Assembly: GCA_002104905.1 (NCBI GenBank)
Contig: MCFE01000464.1
Coordinates: 6,633-70,632, forward strand
Direction: 5' to 3'
From: Basidiobolus meristosporus CBS 931.73
Taxonomy: Eukaryota > Fungi > Basidiobolomycota
Length of the DNA: 64,000 nucleotides
The notes beneath the pieces are model-generated. The model was not told the origin of the DNA. It was given only the letters and a program-made list of their open reading frames with translations, and did not search any database. Below, in pieces: positions 43,791 through 54,499 of this stretch (its first letter is position 1; every line of letters starts with the position of its first letter). Both the position numbers and the translations under genes were made by a program.

Positions 43791-45099
43791 CTCAATATCT
43801 CAGGGACTAGCCATTTGGCAGACAAGCAGACATATTTTCCAGGAGGAGACTAGGTCCACTAGCATTCATACCGAATTTAGTGATCAGCTACTCACCACTT
43901 GCAACAAAAGTTGCAACTAAGCATTTGAAGGAAAAACACCAGCTGAATGCCGGCAAAATACCGTTAGAATACCAGCAGAATACCAGCAAATAATCAGATG
44001 GATTCCAAGTTCGTGATAGACCGAATTAATAACTAATTGGCGTCTGTTTAGGAGAGTGTTACTAAATTACCTGGGTTGTTTAATCTTTGGCGTTAGCTAA
44101 TAAATTTCAACGGTTGGTTTGCTGCACAGTTGCCTGGTCTTTCCATCTCAAGGGTTGCCACCCACCCAACCATCTAACCTGACACATCACAGATCAAGCT
44201 TGTGCCTTTCCCAGCTTTTACCAGGGGAGGGTGGCGCGAATAGTTCATCTGATGCCTGAAGCCATGACGCAGGCCGCTTAAATCCGTACAGAAATTCTAG
44301 TCATCGCATAGAAGTATGTGCGAATTCCGCACAGAGTATTCGACCAAACAGGCGAATCCAACCATCATACGCCATATTCAGGCTCTCGCCAACCTTACTT
44401 GGCTCAGGCCTCAGACCAGTCCAACAGGACTTTCACCAGTTTGATTCTCTAGCCCCTTATACCGTTACCTGAGTCAAGTCTCCATCCAGTTCTCTTTCAA
44501 ACAAATACTCAAACATCTGCGATTACTAGTCTCAACTGGTTTGCTAATCTCGGGAAGGTCATGTGTTGGCATGCAAATCCGGATAATCAAAGAGATCTAG
44601 TTGAGGGCTGAAGTCCTTACACATGTATCAACAGTTTGGCTTCGGTGGTGATACCAGGATGGCTGATTTATCTATCTGAAAGGTGTTTGAGGTTGTTGAA
44701 ACGTACATGCCAATCTTTGACCGTTTGATGGTGCGGGTATTCTCACCTTGTACTGTCTCCTTCAGGAACAACATTTCACCAGATCCGATTTGTAAACGTT
44801 CAGTAGCACCTGATACTTCAACTCATCATCAACACTCGTATCTCTATCAAGGTCTTACATCGAAGCTTCGACGGATCTGAGTTCGAGACTTCCCAAGTTT
44901 GTGCCCCAAAAACACTGACCTTTCATACAAAACGTAGAGGTGCCCCAATCCAACACTGCTCAGTCCTGTAGTAGAGCATCCAGGCAAATTTGCCGGAAGT
45001 GAACATCCTCATTCGTATATAAGCAACTTGTCCACAATATCCGTTCTTTAACATTCGACTAAGACTTGAACCTAGATTGATCCTAGCCAGAGAGAGGGA

Positions 45100-45119
45100 G
45101 TGTGTGTGTGTGTGTGTGT
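45100..45119. repeat. (GT)10 microsatellite
   Basis: Direct reading: GTGTGTGTGTGTGTGTGTGT preceded by a short GA run. Confidence 0.95.
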
Positions 45120-46641
45120 TAGCACGATGCTGGGATTAATTCCATCATTCCTCTATTAAGAAACTCAATCCGTTCTGCGGGCATCTCAAATACACTTCAA
45201 TATTGAACACCAACTACCCAAAATTATCAGACCAAAGCCCCATTTAGCCTAAGATAATCATCGTGGCTACATGTTGCTCTTTTTGTGCGATGTTGTCCAC
45301 TGACTGATTATGTACAAGGTGGGACTGATAGCTTCTGGTCATTCTTTTCATTCTAATCTAAAGTAGTGCAAGGAAAATCGACTGATGTATAACGCAGACA
45401 TTCATTGTACTCGGGAAAATGGATGCTATCACAACAATATCCTATCTAATGTATTGCACCACTAAATTTGGACAGATTTAACACGGTGATCGTATGTTTA
45501 CTTCTCCATATCTCACACCAATACTCAGTGTCGCTTTTGATCATTCCCATGGCAAAGGGAAAGCCACGACGATGCAGAGCGTCGAAACCTACCGAACCTC
45601 CAAAGAAATCAACTACCATTGTGATAACCATGCATTATGGCAGGATCCATCCTCGCAAAGTGCTTGTTGATAGCCCGAACTCACAAATCAGCAGCATCGA
45701 TGCGTGCTCGGGTGATTCATAGAGCCTCACGTTTGCTTTCATCCGGAGCTGGGGTTTAGCAACGTGAAGATTATCAGAAATCATTGTGGAGGGTTTGATG
45801 CTACCATCTCCCTCGGATCTAACAAGTCGATGAAAAATATTCCCAGGGATGGCACCCCTGATGCCTAAACTCCCTTTGATTGTTCAATCGATGTCTGTGA
45901 CCAATTGCGTTGGTTGCCCTCATGGAATAAATGTTGACTCCCACAATACTGATGGGTTTTCTCAATCGGTCCCTTGGAAGATGTGATTGCCTAAATCTGG
46001 CAGCTCCGTGATAATCTGTCGCAAGCACAAGTATGGATGCACAGGCACAAAGACTTGCTGCCCGCACCCCATGGCCCGATTCCGCCTTTGGGCCTGTTTA
46101 CTATACGTTCTCACCATTTTTGCGGTCAAAGACATCACCATCGCCTATGCTGGAGGGGGCAAGCCTACATGCTACAGTGTCAGCGGGCTCTACGCATGTA
46201 TGGATGGACTGCATTCACCAAGTTTCTTGTTGCTCTTTCCTATTGTCAAGGTTACATCCATAGATGCTCGCTGATGAGTGGCTTGTTTGATTCTTGATGA
46301 AATCGGCAAAATATGTCTTTAACCAGTATATCTGTTGATTTGAGAGATATGAAGAGCTGCCATATTGTGATTCATTTTGGATAATAAAAGATGGGGTTTG
46401 ACCTTTTGACTTTTTGCTCAATGCTACTGCTGTACAACGTATGACAATGAACGCTTCAGTATTGATCCTTGGTCGTTATGGAAGAGAAATCAAGATCTTC
46501 TAGGTGCCATTACATATTGCCCGTAATAGGCAGATGAGGATTTCGTTAAAAGGGGCCAAACGAGATATCTATCGGAAGCTGAAGGTTCCTCGTCGAGTAT
46601 TTCCCGGAGATTTTTCATCTCACAAAGCTTGTACAGGAAAC

Positions 46642-48063
46642 ATGGAGACCTTTCAGATTATTCTCATAGCTGTAGCAATCATTTGGAATGTTCACCTTGT
46701 TGTTTCTATGATTCTGCTTTGGCAGAGACGACATCTTGATACGGTTAGATATCGCTCGCCAGGCCTCACATGCTTAAGTGCCATCGCCTCCATGGTCCTT
46801 ATCACCATATACGTTGCCCTACTTCCCATGCAGAAATTCCCTTGTTTCCTCAATCTTTGGATCACCTCCATCGGCCAACCTCTTCTATACTTAACCATTT
46901 TAGCGCGAGCCTTCAGACTATTATTTTTCTACAAATTTAGCGAAGCGAGGCTGGCTGTAGCCCTAAATAAACCGGAAAAACCCTCATATCGGCCGAAATC
47001 GATAATTCAAATCTTCTCCGGGAGTCGCAGGAAGAGCAATGGGTCGGCCTACGAGCTTCACGGCCTAACGGAGTGTGCGGCTCCTTCGTCTAGTCCAAGC
47101 TCTATCGCCCAGGATATCCAGCAGCCGTTATGGGGGTACAGAGGAAACGACCTGAGTCACAACTGGTATTACCGCCATCGGTATATGCTGTCCGCGCAGT
47201 TCATCACCACCGTAATCATTATCATCTTGATGTTCCACCTCTGCGTGGTGTTCGTCGTCCAGCTCCTAAGTACACGGTTCGCCTTCTATCCCAGAATTAT
47301 CTCTGAGGATTGCATGCGCGGTTGGGAGTATTATCCGCATGATGTGTTCGCTTGTATCTATATTTTGATCTTCTTCCCCTTCCTAATCTTCAAGCTGCTC
47401 TCGGTTAAGGATGCCTATGGGATTCGAATGGAGTTGGTCGCTACCTCGCTCATTTCCTGTCTTGGGTTTTTCATCTTTTTGCTCACACTGATCGTCGGTA
47501 AAGACACCAGCATCAACGAGCACGTTCCCAACAGCCTGTGGTGGGGGTTGCCGCTGATGGTGGTCAGTTTCTTCACCGTGACATATCCGTTGATCAAATC
47601 CATCCCCTATTCCTCGTTCTCTCATCGCCTGTCTTCCGAAACCGAGTACACCATGGAGGTGTTCGAGTCCCTTCTAAATAACCCCATCCAGTTCGAGAGC
47701 TTCAAACTCTTCACAGTGTCCGACTTCACCATAGAGAACACGTTATTCTACGAGCGATGCCGGAACATTGCACTGAGTGCACGCGAATCGAATCTCAACG
47801 ATAACGCTGATTTGGTGTCAGAGCTTCGAGAGATCTACAACACCTTCATCAAAAACACCGCGGAGTTCCAGGTAAATCTCGAGTCCGAAACCCGGAAAGC
47901 GTTATTGACCAAGGTCGAAAATGAACTATTCAGCCCGGATATGTACGTTCCGGCGGTAGAGGAAATCAAGCTGCTGATGTTTCGCAACACCTACTTACGC
48001 TATCTTACATATGCCAAGACTAGAAGGGTGGATTGGGAGGGGAGAACCGAGGGTTTTGTGTAG
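46642..48063 (+). CDS. Seven-transmembrane protein with C-terminal RGS domain (GprK/AtRGS1-like architecture); intronless
   Basis: Seven hydrophobic segments from METFQIIL to TYPLI, with YRSP, FPC, a DAYGIR-type loop, then an RGS box LLNNPIQFESFKLFTVSDFTIENTLFYERC...IYNTFI...AEFQVNL...FRNTYLRYL. First in-context Met taken at 46642. Confidence 0.9.
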   Translation: METFQIILIAVAIIWNVHLVVSMILLWQRRHLDTVRYRSPGLTCLSAIASMVLITIYVALLPMQKFPCFLNLWITSIGQPLLYLTILARAFRLLFFYKFSEARLAVALNKPEKPSYRPKSIIQIFSGSRRKSNGSAYELHGLTECAAPSSSPSSIAQDIQQPLWGYRGNDLSHNWYYRHRYMLSAQFITTVIIIILMFHLCVVFVVQLLSTRFAFYPRIISEDCMRGWEYYPHDVFACIYILIFFPFLIFKLLSVKDAYGIRMELVATSLISCLGFFIFLLTLIVGKDTSINEHVPNSLWWGLPLMVVSFFTVTYPLIKSIPYSSFSHRLSSETEYTMEVFESLLNNPIQFESFKLFTVSDFTIENTLFYERCRNIALSARESNLNDNADLVSELREIYNTFIKNTAEFQVNLESETRKALLTKVENELFSPDMYVPAVEEIKLLMFRNTYLRYLTYAKTRRVDWEGRTEGFV

Positions 48064-48887
48064 ATACCACTCGCTAACGAGATAAAATCCCATCGGTTTC
48101 ATTCAACCTTTGGTACTTGGGCTACCTGATTGAGTAGCAACCCGACCTTCATGAAACATGCATCTTAGAGCTTCCTAACAATTTTGTGTCTTGGCCTGTA
48201 GGGCTTCTATTTCTATGTATTTCATAATTCTTAGTTTTCTTTGCCACTTCTGGCACTCCACCCCATACACACGTTTTCGTAACCTCTACTGTCAATTAAA
48301 TCCTAGGGAATGAACCACTACGGCTGATTGGAGTAGGCATTGGTGAGATACTGGCGTCACTTGCATAGAATTCCACCTGACTGAACATTAGACTGGTTCC
48401 TTGAGGGGAACCCAGTGGGGAAAATTAGGTAGTTGTCTCGTGGTCACCATGGCTTTGGATATTCTATTTGCCGGGTGGTAATATGATTGAAGCCAAATTC
48501 ACAATGCTCTTGGATAATCCAGTGGACATCACCACCAGCCCAACCGATTCCACTCCGTTCGCAATGAATCTGGCCATTCCACTGTACCAATAAATGTGGG
48601 ATATCCAGATACGTGATGCTTACCAAACCTAACCAGTAATGCTGACTGAAATATCCCCTCAAATAGTCTAATCTTGTGAATCTGAGGACCGTGGGTAGCT
48701 GTGGATTGGCTTGACGGCAATGTTATTAAATCACTGCTTGTTAACAAGTCGGCTAGCAGAGTTATGTCATAGCCGATCGTGACGGTGTGTCCACCTCACC
48801 GCTTCCAAGCCTATTCCTGGGCTTGGCCAACGGTTTGAGCCACATTGGTCTATATAAGCATTAAAGGAGGTTCGGCTTCCCCAAACC

Positions 48888-49397
48888 ATGCATTTCTTTT
48901 CTCTCCTTGCCACATGTTTGATAGCAGCCAAAGCTGTCTTTGGTTGCGGATGTTACGGACCCAACTCATGCTCACTTACAACCAACCAAATGTGCAACAG
49001 AGGCCTTCCAACGAGCAATCCAGACTGTCAATGTGACTGCTGTCCCCCCTGTAATACTTGCGATCAGCTCCTCAGTGGATGCCACGCTAAGCTACTAAAT
49101 TATACTGATATATATTTCGAGTCCCCAATTAGTTCGCTTCATCTGGACTCACCCATCCCCGTGACATATCTGAAATCCAGGCGAGATATGAAGGGATTTT
49201 ATTTCGGTGAGGCATGCGTAACCCCCACTCTTCCCAAAGGATTAACCATCCAACTGGCAAACCAATCCGACCCACTATCGGAGTACGCGTTAATGGGCAC
49301 TCCTACAGAATTATCGGGACTGGCGAACTATACGGTTATCTTGCGCGGGTCAGTGAATACCCTGGCCGCCACACACTTCGAGCTCCAAGTAGCTTAG
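48888..49397 (+). CDS. Small secreted protein: signal peptide, 11-Cys N-terminal module and putative Ig-like (He_PIG/CADG-type) domain; intronless
   Basis: 169-aa ORF with TATA-like TATATAAG at about 48850. MHFFSLLATCLIAAKAVFG signal, C-x-C...C-x-C-x-CC-x2-C-x2-C cluster, then PTLPKGLTI...LMGTPT...NYTVILRG...FELQV. Confidence 0.75.
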   Translation: MHFFSLLATCLIAAKAVFGCGCYGPNSCSLTTNQMCNRGLPTSNPDCQCDCCPPCNTCDQLLSGCHAKLLNYTDIYFESPISSLHLDSPIPVTYLKSRRDMKGFYFGEACVTPTLPKGLTIQLANQSDPLSEYALMGTPTELSGLANYTVILRGSVNTLAATHFELQVA

Positions 49398-50869
49398 CAT
49401 CTATTCCAGAATCACACCCGATACCCCCAATGTATGTTCCCCAAATATCTCCCAATTTTATATAAAGCCCCAGTCAGAAAAAGTTCCCTCGTATCCAATG
49501 TAGCAGCCATCTTCCAACCAGGCTGAAACTCCCTGAGCTGAAGGCCAGTGATTTCTGAACAGGAGCGATTGATAGGGAAGGGTCAGATGAATTGAAAGGC
49601 GCAGACCTATGTCCATATCACAGAAAGAATCCCGGGCTTTGCTTCCGGAGACCCTCCATGGAAAGATCGCCATTAATAGCCCCGCACTGCATTCCTGCAC
49701 TGGCCGCACGGAGGAGGTGGCAACATGTTTGAAGATCCTCAATTCCAAAATCGGGTGCATGACCCTGAGACACAGTTCCCATTTCGCCTGTATATAACAT
49801 TCCTGCTTGGCTGTTGCAACCATTCAATCATTTTGAGGTCAAGAAAGCTAGCTCCCTCACATAAGGTCAGATTAAACAGTTTGGTGAGGTCAAGTGGCAT
49901 GTGATCTAGGTTTCAGATTATGACCACAGCAGTATTGGTGTTTCCATCTAATAACCCGACTGTACTGAGTCAACATTTATGTCATCCATCCATTTTCCCA
50001 GTCACGGCGCCAACCACTTCATAGAACTTCCTCATTGGAACCCTGCTTAGCCACAGACTCACGGAATCAGGCATACACACTGTGGAGCATTGATGGTTAA
50101 CTTCTCGGAAGCTTAAACCTCCCCAATGGAGGGGACATCCATCCAAGCGAGTCTGCGAGACACATGGACAAGTTACTTGAGCTCATACCCACCAAGCTTG
50201 GGCGCTGAGAGATGCTGGGTTTCATATCCAGAGACGAATGATCGCATTGTTAACTGGGCGATTGATCATGTCGCATTGAGCTCCGCCTGCTTGGCCTGGA
50301 CCACTCAATCGATTGATTCATGCCATGAGCTTACAGATAGTCCATTGACTGGATCATTCCAGAAAGGTTCCCAGTGACCAGACTATTGCGAGCATGAATG
50401 TGTATTTGGTATACAGATATTCAGGTATACATCTATTTTTACAGCACGATAATGTGTCTCTGCCACATTTACATGGTATATGCAACTCGAATTCTTGGAT
50501 GTAACTGCTTGGCTTGGAGTGAAGCGCACGAACCAGGCGAGTATCGCACTAAGCAGCAACACTTCAATGATACGGATTTGTACCGTATTTTCACCCGGCT
50601 CATTAACATATAGTGCTATTTATCTTGCACTAAAGATAATCGAGCTGTTTGTGACTGAGGCCAAATACATCCGACCAAATGGATTTGCCCAGTCTCTTTC
50701 TCCTGCGCGCAAGAATGTATGGGTGCAAATTCTGGCAAATGCTAATACCAGAAAGCCGTGATTCAAAAGATTGGTTGGCACATGCTTACTCTCTGGACTA
50801 ATCAATGCGCTGCTATCAAAGTGTAATCCTATCAAAGTTAAGCAATACAGAATCAATGCTGAATCGCTA

Positions 50870-51600
50870 TATTCCATGGCTCGACAATAACATTGATGGT
50901 GGAGACAGGCTATACTTGGCTCTCTTAATACTGGCTTTTGGCTGATGCGGTTTTGGCAATCTGGTGGACCTGGACATTGGTATAAAAGGTGACTTTGGTT
51001 TGGAAGTATTTGCTATCTTGACTTCAGGCTTAACCCCGTCTACATCTGCATTGATTGGCTTTTGCCTCTTTTTCAAACTCCTTAACCAGTGACTCCTCTG
51101 GTGCTCATACTTTTGCTGAAGGTTAATTAGGATGTTTCTATCTGAAATCCAGACATTCCTTAACTCTAGTTTGTGCTAACCTATATAATTCACTGTACCC
51201 TACTTTAAGTTCATTCCAATCCCACACTCCAACAATAACTCCGTTAAGATCTGCCATTCAATGAGTGCTTCAACCTAATATCCTTCCCCTCTCCCCTTAG
51301 TAAGAACCCAACAGGTTTATATTGTTGTTTACGTACCTATTTTCATATATCCTGGGCTTCTGCCAGCACAGCCAAGCTCAGTACTTCATCTGCCAGCTTT
51401 GCAATAGATCTCCAAAATATTCAGGTGCTTTCTCTTTGACACTGCTTAGGAAGAAAATCAGTATTAACTTGATGCACTTACTACTGTTCCAAAATCCCCC
51501 ATTGGCATTTTGATAAATGTTGTGCTTTTCAATGTTGCTACCTGATTCACTAGCTGGATCACCACTGTGTGTTGTATCCAAGAGAAAAGTGTAATAATAC
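50870..51600 (-). repeat. Unclassified interspersed repeat, copy A (uninterrupted paralog of 54.9-56.5 kb)
   Basis: Collinear similarity with 56480-56111 plus 55034-54930, e.g. DLLQ.LADEVL.LAV and KE.EKEA.ANQC in both copies. Confidence 0.6.
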
Positions 51601-51699
51601 TCTTGAATGGTTTAACTGAACTAAAGGGACAGTTAAATGCAGAATCTTGAAATTGTCAGAGAGTGGAGGAAATATTAGCAGAGAGTTTCTGGTCTAATA

Positions 51700-52480
51700 T
51701 TGGTTTTGTATATAGCTGGGCTTGGCTATAAGGGCAACAGAGTTGGTTTGCTATGCAGGCTAGGCTTGGTATTCTTGAGAGTGCTAGATATACTAGGCTT
51801 GGGTGGAAACTAGAGCAGAATTGTTGAATTCTTGATTTTGCTGAGACACAATCTTAATTTTGCTGAGACAAACACCAAACCAAAAGGTTCAGTAAACCTT
51901 ATATATACTTTCTGATCAAGTGGACTTGGTAAGCATTGAGAGACTGGTTTAATTGAGATCAATTTAGGTGCTATTAGGTGCATAAGATAAAGGAGAATTG
52001 CATTAGCAATCAGATGATGTTTTGGCAACTACTAAGTGGTTGGATAGACATCAGATGACTAATTGTATAGGAAGGCTTAGTAGATAAGTTGATAGCCCAA
52101 TGGTCACCTGAAAATTGTTCTGGTGTGACAGCTAGAAATAGACTAAGAGGTGGGATAAAATAAACCATAACTGGGATTAGTTGTGTTTGGGTTAGAGAAA
52201 ATCAGTTAGGGTACTGGATTTTCTAATGTAGTAAAATTTGCCAAGTTTCTAAATGTTGGTTTACAATACTATGTCTACAACAGAGGAGATGGAAGCTGTG
52301 GTAAAAGCAACAAAGATATCCCAATGCCCATTGAATTCACTGAAGTACCATTTTTCTACCTGTACTTCAAGCTCATTCTGAAAATAGATGGGGTCAAGTA
52401 AGCAATACTTTCCAAATATTTTAGATTTCAGATTGTTTATGGTCCAGCATATAAATTCTTCCAAAGTCTAGCTTTTATTT
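51700..52480 (-). mobile_element. Decayed Ty3/Gypsy integrase C-terminal (GPY/F) remnant
   Basis: LISIKPVSQCLPSPLDQKVYIRFTEPF followed by SSFHPSL resembles KLDxKYxGPF...VFHVSLL. Many stops. Confidence 0.4.
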
Positions 52481-52669
52481 AGTACTTCTCTGCCTCTGCC
52501 TTTGGTGGACTTTGTTTTGTTTCCCTACCCCTTTACTAGTACCAGAACAATCACTGCTATAATGACCAGGTGCCACTTGTTGCATGCATGTTCCTTGATT
52601 CACACTGTAGCAATGCTTCTGTCTCAGCCTGCACTTCCCTAGCCTACTTAACTCTTGCTACTTGATTTA

Positions 52670-54450
52670 GCTACTAAAGATAATTTGGTCCCCCAAGTAG
52701 ATCCAATCTAGACCAGCTGTGAGATCCCACAATAAGGATGTAATAATGTCAACAGCTTGAAATTCTTGACCCTCTTCACAGTGATATGGTGGAACTGTTA
52801 TGGTGTTTTCCTTTTTGACCACAAAATATAGTAATAAACCTGTAGTGTTTTATGGTCTTATTGAAGGGCTTGCATAGTATTGAGGTGGTCCTAATGTGGT
52901 CTGCACTTAACTGAGCAGACCTAACCATTCATTACATAAGGTTGCCCAATAAGGTAATAAGCTTAATGGTGTTTTGGCAGCTTTCATGTGGACCTCAGTG
53001 GGCACCATTGTGGTAGTATTGCAGACTGCAGCTAGTCCTGTATAATGGTACCATTCCAAGTTACCCAACAGTAATTCATTTTCTACCTCCCCTTATGCCA
53101 TTTGTATATTTGCTGTGAACTCACCCCCTTTAGTTAGCTTACCCATTACTACCATAGGTAGTCCACACACCCTATGAAAAATAATTTGGTCCCACAGGTG
53201 GATCCAATCTGGACCAACTACTGAGATCCCACAATGAGGCCATCATAATGCTGGCAGCTTAGAATTATTGACCCTCCTTACAATCTTATGATGGGAATGA
53301 GACAGTGTTTTGCTGAGTCTACTGCTTAACAGAAAAATACTCAATGGTGTTAAATAGTCCTTTGACAGGATTTTGATGGCATTCTTACAGTTCTATAGCA
53401 GCCTACACTTATTTGAGCAGACCCAACTGGCCAGTATATCTAATTGCCCTATAAAGAAAAACTTGATAGTATTGTATTAGCCTTGATGCAGACATCTGTT
53501 GGCATCATAATGGCAGTATGGCAGTGTACAGCTAGTACTGTATAACACTAGCATACCAATTTACCAAATGGTGTTTCCTTTTGCTACCTCCCCTTGAGCC
53601 ATTCATTTTTACTATTGTGGAATCACCCCAGCTTATATGTTTACCCACTACTACTATGGGTATTCCACATATAGTTTAAATCAAAAGAAGACTATAACCT
53701 CCTGCTTACTAACCTTGACATATGAGCACACCAACTTCAATTGATACACTTCTATCACCTCAACTCTATGGCTTTTCAGTGTGATACTTGCAAAATTGCC
53801 ATATACCTTGTATTGCAGGTAACATATACATCTTGCAAACACATGCTTGGTAGCTGCCACATATGTCATGAACACCTCTTGAATATCTACAAAGACCTTT
53901 TGGTACTTAGACACAATATTCTTTCTCCAAGCTGAGCTCTAGTTCCCCCTATAGGTACACTCTGGTTCTTATTTGTATGAATTCTGTATTGGATTAGGTA
54001 GTAACCAGCTTGTACCCTGGAGAAACCCAGCATACTTTGGTAAAGTTGTCCTAATAGGAATTAGTTGCTTGTAGTGTCCAACCCAACCTTGCATTACTTG
54101 ATTGATTACCCATACATTAGGGCTGCTTAGCTTCTTAATGGCAAAGGTATAGATGTGTCCATGTGCACATCACTCCTCAGTATCTTCCAACTCTTCCTGA
54201 TTGTCCTCCATGTGCCAACTCATCACATCTGTAACAGACTTGAAGGTATATTTATGATGAGATTGGGATATGGAGGTACTTTCAACTTGTTTGCCTTCCT
54301 ATTTCCCCTTACATCAGCTTCATAGGAAACTCCCAAAATGTGAAGCAAGGTCCAGTATTCTCAACACACAGAGCAAGCTGGAGTAGAGAATAGATGCAGT
54401 AGTGGAATAGATCTACACATTCAGCTTTAGTTTGTAGTATAGCTGCTAAA
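52670..54450 (-). mobile_element. Decayed chromoviral Gypsy 3' fragments: a partial copy (about 52670-53170) plus a longer copy (53175-54450)
   Basis: Similar to 59457-60694 and to each other. Shared terminus TGAAAAATAATTT. ORF 53681..53914 parallels ORF 59964..60320. Confidence 0.65.
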
Positions 54451-54499
54451 TCCCAACACAAACTCCTTGCATAAAAGCTGTAGATGCATCAGGTTGGCA

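Noticed and set aside
45468-46297. Short ORFs with possible signal peptides
   Set aside because: Overlapping ORFs in all frames with no motif support; cannot be told from noise without expression data.
51100-51300. Chromodomain-like reading (GY*VEALIE...KHPN)
   Set aside because: The segment aligns to the unclassified repeat at 54.9-56.3 kb, where the chromodomain pattern is not kept.
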